Shown: positions 1 to 9,626, counted from the stretch's first letter. The stretch is DNA of 31,258 nucleotides from an uncultured Candidatus Saccharibacteria bacterium (GCA_964397085.1 CAYNHH010000007.1:1-31258); one strand, 5' to 3'. Notes: generated by a model not told the origin, from the letters alone. Program-made: numbers and translations.

Positions 1-119
1 ACGAAACCAAAGAGCATAACAAGAATGAGAATAATAAGTAGTAGTGTAATCATAATCTACTTATTATACCGCGAAAACATACGAACACAATACGAATACT
101 CAACAAATTTACAAATCTA

Positions 120-473
120 TTAGAACTCTTCGGTCAAAAGACGCTTGAGTGTGTTAAATACTGCAAGTACAAAAAACACAAAGGTTAGGATGAGTAACCC
201 AGTTTGTAGATATATAACCAGCAAAAACCATACTCCACTGGGTGTTGATTCACCTCTAAATAGGACGTTGTATATCAAGAATTTGACCACTTGTGCAAGC
301 ATAAAGCTGGCAAGCATGTACAATAAGTACTTCTTAGCACGAGTCATAGAAAGTTTCTGCATCCGCTCTCTCGATCGTATGCTCATCTTCTTTGCTTTAC
401 TATACCCGGAACCACCAAGCTCTATTTGCTCTGTAGTGTTCCTATTGGTGATTACACGTTTTTTTGATTTCAT
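120..473 (-). CDS. hypothetical small membrane protein (117 aa; hydrophobic C-terminal half, basic N-terminus)
   Basis: Intact ORF. Predicted TM stretches (LLYMLASFMLAQVVKFLIYNVLF, VWFLLVIYLQTGLLILTFVFFVLAVF). AT-rich promoter-like region immediately upstream (474-674). No family recognised. Confidence 0.4.
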   Translation of the reverse strand: MKSKKRVITNRNTTEQIELGGSGYSKAKKMSIRSRERMQKLSMTRAKKYLLYMLASFMLAQVVKFLIYNVLFRGESTPSGVWFLLVIYLQTGLLILTFVFFVLAVFNTLKRLLTEEF

Positions 474-674
474 AATACCTATATTATAGCATTATTATAG
501 TGATATTGCAATAGTATTGCATAAATATGCCACGAAATTTTGAATATTTCGCTAGATAATGGGCCATTCTACCGATGTGGTATATACACGTAAGTATTTA
601 AGACTACTGATTTTTTTCTTTGGTGGCGGGAAAATATACATTGCAAGTAATAATATATTGCATACATATTATAT
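474..674 (-). promoter_or_regulatory. AT-rich intergenic/promoter region with four ATTGCA-core palindromic motifs (ATATTGCAATA at 504-514, TATTGCATAAAT 515-527, CATTGCAAGT ~637-646, TATTGCATAC ~658-667)
   Basis: Seen directly in the sequence. The perfect 10-bp palindrome TATTGCAATA and three related half-sites fall within 165 bp upstream of the 120..473 gene. The same 11-mer ATATTGCAATA recurs at 11679-11689, in the promoter of the island gene 10819..11628. Confidence 0.3.
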
Positions 675-1190
675 TCATCGCATCCACCACGGTGTTTGTA
701 GTCGTACTGTATACTTTTTGGAAGTTGATCGACGCTTTACTAACGGCTCATTTGGAAAATATCTCTGAACGATCGATACCCAACTATCTTTGAGCCAAAT
801 TTGTTGTTGAATATACATCTCTTCTAGCCCTCTTTCAGCAAATTCCTTACGAATTACCCCACCACTATGCGGATGTCGTTGTTTTTGCTCTAGAGGCGAG
901 TTAAATCCGTGGGCATAATGTGTCATTTCGTGTACAATTGTTGCCACCACTACGTACTCTGGCACCTCCATATCTTGATATAACGGATTAATTGTAATGA
1001 TTGAGCTCTTACGATCACGAGGATCGAGACTTATCGAACCAAGACGTCGTTTGGCTTTCCTACCATATCGTATATGGACATCATTTTTTTGTTCTACATC
1101 TATGAAATGCTTGTACCATATATCAGCCAGAAGACTTTCTAGCCATTCTTGATCGCGAATACTATCTTCAACAAGCATTTTGGTCTTCAT
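675..1190 (-). CDS. SprT-like / DUF45-type zinc metallopeptidase (HExxH: IVHEMTHYAHG)
   Basis: 171-aa ORF with an HEMTH zinc-binding motif followed by a second His/Gly-rich segment, and a basic N-terminal region (IRYGRKAKRRLGS) typical of SprT/YgjP-like proteins. The start overlaps the stop of the downstream... rather upstream helicase gene by 4 nt (ATGA), suggesting translational coupling. Confidence 0.55.
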   Translation of the reverse strand: MKTKMLVEDSIRDQEWLESLLADIWYKHFIDVEQKNDVHIRYGRKAKRRLGSISLDPRDRKSSIITINPLYQDMEVPEYVVVATIVHEMTHYAHGFNSPLEQKQRHPHSGGVIRKEFAERGLEEMYIQQQIWLKDSWVSIVQRYFPNEPLVKRRSTSKKYTVRLQTPWWMR

Positions 1191-4018
1191 AGCATCTTGT
1201 CAAACCGCAGTCTGCTCCCACCAATCTCCGAAAATTGATTATTCTTGATCCCTGTCACCACCCTATCAAGTAGCACCATGGTCTTTTCATGGTCAATCGT
1301 CTGAGAAGTAGCAAGAATATCATGTTCCACGAAGTATAAACTAGTGCTGTCGACAGCCATTTGATGAGTTTTTTCCCATGCCAGTGCATATATCTTCATC
1401 TGTACGCTTTCCTTGAGTTTCTTCTCAGCGTTCTTCATAGTATCTACCGACCCAGTCTTGAAGTCACGTACCTCTACCTTACCATCTCGGTCATATACCG
1501 CATCATATCTTCCGTTAATCTTAAGTTTGAGTTGATCTAGCTTCAGCTGAAACTCTTTTTCGATATATTGTGGTATGTCATTATTCGATTCTTCTCGAGA
1601 ATAAAATGCCTGTAAGACCTTTTTGCCTCTAGCAAACTGGTCCTTCTCATGTTGTAGTGATACAAATCCTTCACTATTCCAGCTATTCTCAAAGATCTGA
1701 AATACTTCACTGAATTGAATCTTCTTATGTTGAAGTCGAGCTACATAGTAGGTTTCGATAGCAGCATGGATTGCAGAACCATACACTAGTGTATGAAACG
1801 GGCCCTTGGGTAGACTAAGGACATGAAAGTACCAAAATTCTTTAGGTGAGCGCAGGTAATCTGCAATTTGATTGGTAGAAAGATGCAACCAACCGTCTTT
1901 AGTAATAAAACTCGCAAGCGGATCTTTAAATGTAACTGGGAGCTTTTCAAAGTTTTTAAGGCTATCCAAAGCGAGTGCCTGGTTTCCTGCCGGTACAACG
2001 AAGCTTTGTTGCGTTGCTTCTTGAATAAAGCGAGACGGTTTCTTCATGCGTTTACCACCATGGTCATAAGATGCGCTCAGGTATAAATACTGTTTTGCTC
2101 GAGTTATGCCAACATAAAATAATCTACGTTCTTCATGTATGTGCCAAGGTACTTTGTTGTCTGCTTTTGACAGCAGACCATCCGGCATACGTATTTTTTC
2201 AGACATATTTTTGGCCGGAAAAGTCTGCTCTGTAAGATCTATCATGCAAACGGCAGTAAACTCCAAACCTTTAGCCTTGTGTAATGTCATGATCTGTACC
2301 GCATCTACATCAAGCGGTGATGTTTGTATCATTATATCAACGTCACTCTCTCGTATACCCACCAAATAGCTCCAGAGAGCATATATATGCGGATCAGAAT
2401 TAGCTCTTTCAAAATCTCTCACAAGATTAAAAAACTGAGTAATATTTTGTATCTGAATAACAGGTTTGGGGTCTTTTTCAGCTAACGATACTAACCTATC
2501 CAGATAACCAGAGGCTTTTAGAAATTCATACACCACTTGTCCGGCATTTCCTGCTTGCGCAATAGCCCGAAAACTGGAGATTGTGTCGAGAACAGTAAGG
2601 AAAGCCTCTGGAAGATCTGTTTGTTCAAGCAAGTAAGCCTCTAGCGGTTGGTGTACCCGCGCAGCAGCCGCGCTAAAGCCAGCTATTTGATCAAGAGGGA
2701 TATTATACAGATCTGATGCGAGCAAGCCATATAGGGCCGCTGAAGCACTTGGGTCTGAAAGGACATGAATGAAGTTTATCAAAACTTTTATCTCTGCCTG
2801 CTCGAATAGATTCTGACTCTCAGACACAACATATGGGATCGAGTTTTTCTGCAAAACATGCGCCACCTCTATTGCTTGATTATTCTTACGAAGCAAAACC
2901 GCAATTTCAGAATATGGCACTTTGTTTTTCTGCTTGAAATACAGAATTTTATCTGCCAAGGCATTCATTTCAGTGACAGATGTATCTGATATCTGCACAT
3001 CAACATCTGAGGCTATCTTAGAATTGCCTGTCAATTTTTTGCTGATATTATTCTCAATTTCTAGTCTGTAGGGATTATTATTCTGAATCAGATTATATGA
3101 GCTATCAAGTACTTTCTGCGATGAGCGATAATTCTGCTGTAATACAATTTGTTTTGCATCAGGGTAGTCAGTGGTAAAGCTAATGATATTCGATATAGCC
3201 GCGCCCCTAAATCGATATATTGACTGATCATCATCACCTACCACCATTATATTTTGATGTTTTTTTGACAATAATTTCAATAAATAGCTCTGAGAATAAT
3301 TAGTATCTTGGTATTCATCTACCAATATATATTGATATTTCTCTTGCAAAAAATGTAGTATTTTGGGAAATTGTTCCAATAGACGAATCACTTGCATGAT
3401 CTGATCACCATAATCAATCATACCTCTCTCGAGGCATTCTTTTTGATAGGCAGTATATATCAGTGACAACTCATTAATTCTCTGGGATTCCTGGTCATCT
3501 TCTTTTTTGGCCTGTAGCGCAACGAATTTGGCAAATTCTTTATCAGAAATATTCTCGTCTTTCAGTCGAGATATAAATTGTAAAAGTGCACTTACTAAGC
3601 TAAATGGATCAGACGGCTTCTTGTGATACTCCAAATCAATACTATCAATTACTTGTCGCATTACAATTGCTTGTTGAAAATTTGACATCACCACAAAATC
3701 AGATGGCAACCCCAACTCAAACCCATATTCTCGCAATATCTTATCGCCGAGAGCATGAAATGTGAGGATATCACTGTCTACGTATCCAAATGGCAATAAT
3801 CCTTCCACACGGTCTTGCATCTCCGCTGCGGCTTTCTCTGTAAATGTCAATGCAAGAATAGACTCAGCCGGGATCTTTTCGGTAAGTAATAAGTTGGCTA
3901 TGCGCATACTTATTACAGCGGTCTTACCCGTACCAGCTCCCGCCACTACCAATGCAGGCCCAGTACCATGTAAAACCGCCTGCTTCTGTGCAGCATTCAA
4001 CTTTGTCTTATCCACCAT
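1187..4018 (-). CDS. UvrD/PcrA-family ATP-dependent DNA helicase fused to a C-terminal PD-(D/E)xK (RecB/Cas4-like) nuclease domain
   Basis: N-terminus has a Walker A motif (VVAGAGTGKTAVI) in a UvrD-like context (LNAAQKQAV, ILVDEYQDTN, VVGDDDQSIYRFRGA, QNYRS). The C-terminal ~250 aa carry a nuclease-like motif (GRYDAVYDRDGKVEVRDFKTG ... QMKIYALAW). 943 aa. Confidence 0.85.
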   Translation of the reverse strand: MVDKTKLNAAQKQAVLHGTGPALVVAGAGTGKTAVISMRIANLLLTEKIPAESILALTFTEKAAAEMQDRVEGLLPFGYVDSDILTFHALGDKILREYGFELGLPSDFVVMSNFQQAIVMRQVIDSIDLEYHKKPSDPFSLVSALLQFISRLKDENISDKEFAKFVALQAKKEDDQESQRINELSLIYTAYQKECLERGMIDYGDQIMQVIRLLEQFPKILHFLQEKYQYILVDEYQDTNYSQSYLLKLLSKKHQNIMVVGDDDQSIYRFRGAAISNIISFTTDYPDAKQIVLQQNYRSSQKVLDSSYNLIQNNNPYRLEIENNISKKLTGNSKIASDVDVQISDTSVTEMNALADKILYFKQKNKVPYSEIAVLLRKNNQAIEVAHVLQKNSIPYVVSESQNLFEQAEIKVLINFIHVLSDPSASAALYGLLASDLYNIPLDQIAGFSAAAARVHQPLEAYLLEQTDLPEAFLTVLDTISSFRAIAQAGNAGQVVYEFLKASGYLDRLVSLAEKDPKPVIQIQNITQFFNLVRDFERANSDPHIYALWSYLVGIRESDVDIMIQTSPLDVDAVQIMTLHKAKGLEFTAVCMIDLTEQTFPAKNMSEKIRMPDGLLSKADNKVPWHIHEERRLFYVGITRAKQYLYLSASYDHGGKRMKKPSRFIQEATQQSFVVPAGNQALALDSLKNFEKLPVTFKDPLASFITKDGWLHLSTNQIADYLRSPKEFWYFHVLSLPKGPFHTLVYGSAIHAAIETYYVARLQHKKIQFSEVFQIFENSWNSEGFVSLQHEKDQFARGKKVLQAFYSREESNNDIPQYIEKEFQLKLDQLKLKINGRYDAVYDRDGKVEVRDFKTGSVDTMKNAEKKLKESVQMKIYALAWEKTHQMAVDSTSLYFVEHDILATSQTIDHEKTMVLLDRVVTGIKNNQFSEIGGSRLRFDKML

Positions 4019-4105
4019 ATAGACTCATTATACCTCTCAACCTACTCTGGTGATAGATCTTAAGAGATGATATGCTCTAGGTAGAAAGAATTGCGAGGAA
4101 GAGAC

Positions 4106-6103
4106 ATGCAGCATTTTGAGGTAATCAAGCCAACTATTAGTCCTGATAATCATACGCAGACATTTGTGTATAGTTTCACATCTCCATCTGAAGATCTGCC
4201 AACAGAAGAAAATATCTACACTATCCTTACTATATGGTCTCAACCAGATGATCTCAGACAAATAGCTACTCAGATAAAAGAAGTATTTTCTACTATATAT
4301 TATGAAGATGTCACCGGTGGCTCATCAGAGCTAAGATTCAAAAAGTCTCTTCAAGGAATCAATAAAGGTCTTACAGAAATCAATCTATATTATCATAAGC
4401 TCGAAAAACGCTTTCATATCGAGGGTCTAATAGTGGTTGTATCTGATAATACATTACTCATAAGTAGTATTGGTGATGTTCAGGCATACAAGATCGGCTC
4501 GGATTCAATCATGGCCGTCGTCGACAGCCACAAAAAATCACAGCATCAAAATATATTCTCAATAGTTGAAACAGTAAAGTTCTTACCGGGCGAGAAACTT
4601 ATCCTGACAAGTGCTCGATTCTCAGACCACATACCCAAGACTTTGCTCTACTCGTTCTTACAGCCAGACAACCCTATTACCTTCCAAGAGCTCAAGAGAC
4701 AGACGCATTCACTGCAGAATAGCCACTTAGGGGCGATATTTATTGAGAACAAATCTATAATTTCTAGCCAAGATAAAATAGCCACCAGTTCATCCCAAGC
4801 TGTTGATACTCCCGAGCCACTAAAAACAGTAGATAAGCCAAGTATATTCAAAAAGTCACTCAAAAAAGTACAGGACATTGTAAAAAAATCTACAAAAGTC
4901 ATAAATACATACTTTATCCGCCCTCTCAAAAAACAATTTAAGCGATTATGGAATACTTTGTGGAGTAAATATATCAACCCTAATCCACTAATACCACTTG
5001 TAGTATTAGGATTAAGTATAGTTATTATAGTTGTGCTATTTGGATATTTCAGCTGGTACAATCCTCACAATCAAAATCTCAAAAATACCTACTCCAGCAT
5101 CGAACAAAGCTTACAAACCGCCCAGTCTCAAATCAAAAATAATCAAAAATCAGCTGCTCTCACCACTCTCGATCAAACAAGACAAAAAATCAATGCAGTT
5201 TCACCCAAAGATCAGCAAACACTCAATAAAATCCAGTCACAAGACAAAAAGCCTACTCTCAACGATCTCCAAAATACTATTTCACAGCTAGAAGATCAGC
5301 TAAAGGGCATTACTCGAGTATCAGCCGCAACTCTCTATCAAAACCCCAAGGCCGGTGCCAGCTACTCTTCTCTGGCACTTCTTGGTGAAAACGTGTATGC
5401 AGTCAATAGTTCTACTGGTGAAATTACTGCGAGTGCCAAGAATGCCTCTACTTCTAAGACAATCGGATCAAACCCAGAGCTCAAAGGTACGCTATCCCTC
5501 ACACCAAGTGCCGTATCAAACTCACTGTTCGCTCTCACGTCAGATAGCGTATATCAGATCAAGCCTGATGGCACCATCACCAAGCAATCAACTACATCAT
5601 CAAGCTGGCCTTCTTCAGTTGCTATTGCGGCATATCTACAAAATATTTATCTTCTGAGTCCTTCAGACAATCAAATTTACCGTTTTACCAAATCATCATC
5701 TGGTTTTGGTGCTAAAACTGCCTATCTTAAGAAAACACCCTCGGGTCTTCTTGTTGATGCCACCAGCCTTAGTGTCACTGGCAATGTTTTTGTTGCCAAG
5801 CGCAACGGCGATATACTCTTATTTGACCAAGGTAATCAAAAAGACTTCCAGATTTCAGGTAAACCAACAGATATGATAGATATTAGTGAAATAGTCTATA
5901 CTGAGCTACCAGATCAGCTCATTGTGCTTAATCCTATCAAGAAAGCCTTTATTTTACTTGCACTAAAAGACACTGGCGCCGAGTATATAAAAGAAGTAAT
6001 AGTAAACTCAACATCAGATATTTCCTCCTTTGGATACGATGCAAAAGACAAAAATGTATATTTTACAACGAATAATCAAATTCAAAAATTTACACTGCAA
6101 TAG
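4106..6103 (+). CDS. large membrane protein: cytoplasmic N-domain with faint PP2C/SpoIIE-like phosphatase motifs, one TM helix, coiled-coil segment and beta-rich Ser/Thr-rich extracellular C-domain
   Basis: The ORF-track start at 4091 is TTG. An in-frame ATG at 4106 (MQHFEV) is preceded by GAGGAAGAG. TM helix LIPLVVLGLSIVIIVVLFGYFSW (~aa 295-317). Q/N/K-rich heptad-like region after the TM. The N-domain motif GLIVVVSDNTLLISSIGDVQAYKIG weakly resembles the PPM GDSRAY motif. Confidence 0.6.
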   Translation: MQHFEVIKPTISPDNHTQTFVYSFTSPSEDLPTEENIYTILTIWSQPDDLRQIATQIKEVFSTIYYEDVTGGSSELRFKKSLQGINKGLTEINLYYHKLEKRFHIEGLIVVVSDNTLLISSIGDVQAYKIGSDSIMAVVDSHKKSQHQNIFSIVETVKFLPGEKLILTSARFSDHIPKTLLYSFLQPDNPITFQELKRQTHSLQNSHLGAIFIENKSIISSQDKIATSSSQAVDTPEPLKTVDKPSIFKKSLKKVQDIVKKSTKVINTYFIRPLKKQFKRLWNTLWSKYINPNPLIPLVVLGLSIVIIVVLFGYFSWYNPHNQNLKNTYSSIEQSLQTAQSQIKNNQKSAALTTLDQTRQKINAVSPKDQQTLNKIQSQDKKPTLNDLQNTISQLEDQLKGITRVSAATLYQNPKAGASYSSLALLGENVYAVNSSTGEITASAKNASTSKTIGSNPELKGTLSLTPSAVSNSLFALTSDSVYQIKPDGTITKQSTTSSSWPSSVAIAAYLQNIYLLSPSDNQIYRFTKSSSGFGAKTAYLKKTPSGLLVDATSLSVTGNVFVAKRNGDILLFDQGNQKDFQISGKPTDMIDISEIVYTELPDQLIVLNPIKKAFILLALKDTGAEYIKEVIVNSTSDISSFGYDAKDKNVYFTTNNQIQKFTLQ

Positions 6104-6136
6104 ACTCAACTCAGCTAGCTCAAGTAAACAACCTCG

Positions 6137-7840
6137 CTACATTTTTTCAGGCATTTTTAGACCCATTGCGTCAAAACAAACTTTTACCACCCGTAGGCAA
6201 GTGTCGTTGATAAGCAGTCTATTGGCACGAACTACATCATCCTCTATGACCTTATGAGTATGATAAAAGCTATTGTATATTCTACACAATTCATAGCAGT
6301 AATTAGCCACATCACTTGGTTGGAAATGAACAACAGCTCCAATTAACACTTCATTCACTCGACTCACCTGTAGTAAGAGTTCAATTTCATCTGCGTCTAG
6401 CTCTTCTGTAGTTACTTCAGGCTTATCTGTTGCATGCTCTTCACCGGCTCGTTCAATAGCTTGCATGCGTACAGCAGAATAAGCCAAGTAAGGAGCGCTA
6501 TTACCTTCAAGGCTCAACATACTATCCCAGTCAAAATGTATATTTGACTGCCTGTTTTGCTTGAGAATGTTATATTTGAGTGCATTTATCGCCAACACGT
6601 CAGTGAGCACATGTTCTTCAGGTTTAGACAGGTCCTTAGCTAGAATTACTATCTGTTCTGCTACCCGTTTTTTTGTTTCAGCTATAAGATCTTCTACCAA
6701 GATAATATTGCCTTTTCTTGTGCTCATACTGCCATCAGCAAACTGCATGCGACCAAACATAACATGTACATTCTCGGCGTTGGTCAGACCAAGCTTGGCC
6801 GATACTTCATATACTTGCTTCATCTGTAGGCTCTGGGCAACATCTACAACATTTACCATATAATCTGGGTGCCAGGTCTTCTCCCAGTAAGCCACACGCG
6901 CCAAATCTCTAGTAAGATACAGACTTGTACCATCTTTTTTTCGAATTAATGCTGGTGGCTCATCTGGATTATCAGTCTCACAGACCAAAGCACCTTGGCT
7001 TTCTACAAAAATCCCTTTTTCTACACCAAGAGCAATAATTGCTTCAATCTTATCCTCATAAAAACTTTCGCCGTTATAATAATCAAACTCCACCCCCAGC
7101 TCGTCATAAAGCGCCAACATAGTCGTCATACTCCAACCCTGGATCTTTTTTAGCAAGGCACGGTTTTCAGCATCACCCTCTTCGAGTTTTTTGTATTCTG
7201 CCCTACCTGCATCATCAAGTGTTTCATCAGATTCAGCTTCAATATGAAAATGTACATAGAGCTTGAGGAGCTCAGCCACAGGATTGGCTTCAATCACCTG
7301 CATATCACCCCAAGTCTTAACCGCATGTATCAACTTTCCAAATTGCGTACCCATATCACCAACGAAATTATCAGCTATGACCTCGTAGCCAGATTGTAGG
7401 TAAAGACGCTTTATAGAGTCTCCAATGACCGTAGAAAGTAAATGATGTACGCCCATGGGCTTACCTATATTGGGGTGGGAGTAATCAATGATCATTTTCT
7501 TGTCTTGCCCAAAATTCTTTGCAGAAGCAAGTACGTCCACATATACCGACCTTAGATCTTGTAGTAACATTTGGTCATGCAACTCAATATTTACAAATCC
7601 AGGCTTCTGAACTTCAACTTTTGCAAATTCAGGACGCTTTTCTAAAATATGAGCAAGTTTTTGTGCAATTTCAAGAGGTGATTGCTTTAAGATTTTACTA
7701 CTCGAAAGCGCAATATTTGTAGCAAAATGCCCAAACTGTAAGTCACAGTATTCTACTTGTACTGCTATGTTGTTATCTGGAAAACCCCTTGAAAAGGCAT
7801 CTTCAACAATAGTCTGGACTTGGCTCTTAAGAGTTTTCAT
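6137..7840 (-). CDS. argS: arginine--tRNA ligase (ArgRS)
   Basis: Class I HIGH-type motif SHPNIGKPMGVHHL. ArgRS-typical YLTRDLARVAYW segment and a DALR-like anticodon-binding C-terminus. The ORF track extends to 7942, but the likely start is the internal ATG at 7840 (MKTLKSQVQ), which avoids overlap with smpB. Confidence 0.85.
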   Translation of the reverse strand: MKTLKSQVQTIVEDAFSRGFPDNNIAVQVEYCDLQFGHFATNIALSSSKILKQSPLEIAQKLAHILEKRPEFAKVEVQKPGFVNIELHDQMLLQDLRSVYVDVLASAKNFGQDKKMIIDYSHPNIGKPMGVHHLLSTVIGDSIKRLYLQSGYEVIADNFVGDMGTQFGKLIHAVKTWGDMQVIEANPVAELLKLYVHFHIEAESDETLDDAGRAEYKKLEEGDAENRALLKKIQGWSMTTMLALYDELGVEFDYYNGESFYEDKIEAIIALGVEKGIFVESQGALVCETDNPDEPPALIRKKDGTSLYLTRDLARVAYWEKTWHPDYMVNVVDVAQSLQMKQVYEVSAKLGLTNAENVHVMFGRMQFADGSMSTRKGNIILVEDLIAETKKRVAEQIVILAKDLSKPEEHVLTDVLAINALKYNILKQNRQSNIHFDWDSMLSLEGNSAPYLAYSAVRMQAIERAGEEHATDKPEVTTEELDADEIELLLQVSRVNEVLIGAVVHFQPSDVANYCYELCRIYNSFYHTHKVIEDDVVRANRLLINDTCLRVVKVCFDAMGLKMPEKM

Positions 7841-7922
7841 ACAGTAATTATACTGTGACTTACATATATTCACCAGTACGAGACAAGTTTCAGAGCCAAA
7901 GCACTTAGCGTATAATACAGCT

Positions 7923-8378
7923 ATGAAGATTTTAGCCACCAACAGAAGAGCCCGTTATGACTACGAGATCACCGATACTCTTGTAGCCGGCTTAGTATTA
8001 GCCGGACATGAAGTAAAGAGCGTCAAACAAGGTGCAATCAGCCTAAAAGGTAGCTTTGTAAGCTTTCAGGGTGATGAAGCATACCTTACTAATGCACATA
8101 TCACCCAGTACAAACACGCATCAGGAGTGGCAGATTACGAGCCCACTGCAAGTCGCAAGTTGCTCTTACATCGTAAGGAGCTAGACCGTTTACTTGAAGA
8201 GATTAAGTCAGCCGGTAAAACTGCAGTACCTACAGCAGTAGGGCTAGAACGTGGGTTAGTAAAGGTTGAGATAGGCATAGGCCGTGGCAAAAAACACTAT
8301 GACAAGCGCGAAACCATCAAAAAACGTGACATGCTACGCGATGCGGGCCGCGAGGTCAAACCAAAGACTAAAAATTAG
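7923..8378 (+). CDS. smpB: SsrA-binding protein SmpB
   Basis: 151 aa. Conserved SmpB sequence (NRRARYDYEI...GLVLAGHEVKS...GSFVSF..EAYL.NAHI..Y...HRKELDRL...GLVKVEIGIGRGKKHYDKRE). Confidence 0.9.
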   Translation: MKILATNRRARYDYEITDTLVAGLVLAGHEVKSVKQGAISLKGSFVSFQGDEAYLTNAHITQYKHASGVADYEPTASRKLLLHRKELDRLLEEIKSAGKTAVPTAVGLERGLVKVEIGIGRGKKHYDKRETIKKRDMLRDAGREVKPKTKN

Positions 8379-8578
8379 CTCGTTTCATGTGTTAATTTGC
8401 ATAAGTATATAATTCAATGCGTTTTATTTTTTTGCATATTTTTTACTTTTGATCTGTTGGTGATAAGTATTATTACATGTATTAAATGTTATAGCACAGT
8501 ATACATGTACTATTTAGTAAAAAACTCTTTACCCTCACCAAAAGGCTATGGTATGATCTTAAGCATAAGAGTAAAACT

Positions 8579-9589
8579 ATGCCAAATCCCTCACTACAAA
8601 CCATTGCAGCACAACTTATGACTAGCCCAAAAGGCCTTTTGGCTGCTGATGAGAGCAATAAATCAGCTAAAAAACGCTTTGATGCTCTGGGTATTGACTG
8701 TAATGAAGAAACCCGCAGACAATTCCGTCAGATGTTACTTACTTCCCCTAACTTCGCACAATATATTAGTGGGGTGATATTTTATGACGAAACAATTCGT
8801 CAGACTACCGACGACGGCACGCCTTTTACAAAGCTTCTTGAAAAACAAAACATAATCCCCGGTATCAAGGTAGATGGTGGGCTTGTTGATTTTACCAACT
8901 TTCCTGGAGAAACAATTACCGAAGGCCTTGATGGTCTTGCAGATAGACTCACTGAGTACTACAAGATGGGAGCCCGTTTTACTAAGTGGCGTTCAGCCTT
9001 CCTTATCAACGAAGAGTCTCGCCTCCCTACCCTGGCAGCAATCCATGCCAATCTGAATGTCATGACTCGATACGCCACCATAGTACAAGCAGCAGGTATG
9101 GTACCTATTGTGGAGCCAGAAGTACTGTATGATGGTAAGCACTCTATCAAGGCCACAAGCGATACGCTATCACAAGTCTTAAGAGTACTCTTTGAATTGC
9201 TCAAGGCTTATAGAGTAGATTTGAGCGGCTTGATCCTGAAGACCAGCATGGTAATGGCCGGAAAAGACAATACCGAGCAATCCACCCCTGAAGATACAGC
9301 CAAGGCAACACTTAGTATCTTGCAAGAAAGAGTACCTAAAGAAGTTGCTGGTATTGTATTCTTATCTGGTGGACAGACTCCTGATCAGGCCACAGCCAAT
9401 CTCGCCGCAATTGAAGCTAGTGGTCAACAACCCTGGCAACTCACTTATTCTTTCTCACGAGCTGTGCAGGAAGGTGCTCTTTCTACTTGGGCGGGCAAGG
9501 CAGAAAACGTTGCAAGTGCTCAAGCCCAACTCATTGAGAGACTAGTCGCCAATTCAGCCACACGTAGTGGTAAATCAAATACCAAATAA
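8579..9589 (+). CDS. fba: fructose-bisphosphate aldolase, class I (eukaryotic-type glycolytic aldolase family)
   Basis: LLAADESNKSAKKRFDALGI, ETRRQFRQMLLTSP, GIKVDGGLV, and a Schiff-base lysine context LILKTSMVMAG (cf. LLKPNMV) all match the class I FBA family. ATG at 8579. Confidence 0.85.
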   Translation: MPNPSLQTIAAQLMTSPKGLLAADESNKSAKKRFDALGIDCNEETRRQFRQMLLTSPNFAQYISGVIFYDETIRQTTDDGTPFTKLLEKQNIIPGIKVDGGLVDFTNFPGETITEGLDGLADRLTEYYKMGARFTKWRSAFLINEESRLPTLAAIHANLNVMTRYATIVQAAGMVPIVEPEVLYDGKHSIKATSDTLSQVLRVLFELLKAYRVDLSGLILKTSMVMAGKDNTEQSTPEDTAKATLSILQERVPKEVAGIVFLSGGQTPDQATANLAAIEASGQQPWQLTYSFSRAVQEGALSTWAGKAENVASAQAQLIERLVANSATRSGKSNTK

Positions 9590-9626
9590 GCCACAAACTA
9601 ATTCTAAAAATAGTTTTATAAATAAT

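Noticed and set aside
145-489. 114-aa + strand ORF
   Set aside because: Entirely antisense to the better-supported membrane protein gene 120..473 and of low-complexity composition. Shadow ORF.
559-768. 69-aa + strand ORF in the 474-674 intergenic region
   Set aside because: Lies in the AT-rich palindrome-containing promoter region and runs into the 3' end of the SprT-like gene on the other strand. No RBS. Composition not protein-like.
4037-4261. 74-aa minus-strand ORF overlapping the start of the 670-aa gene
   Set aside because: Overlaps the divergent promoter region and the well-supported + strand gene. No support.
4648-5657. Several 86-137-aa ORFs (4648..5061 -, 5031..5291 +, 5355..5657 +) inside the 670-aa gene
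   Set aside because: Out-of-frame or antisense shadows of the long, continuous 4106..6103 CDS.
8397-8621. 74-aa + ORF between smpB and fba
   Set aside because: AT-rich promoter region of fba. Phe/Ile/Cys/Tyr-rich junk translation with no RBS. Overlaps the fba start.
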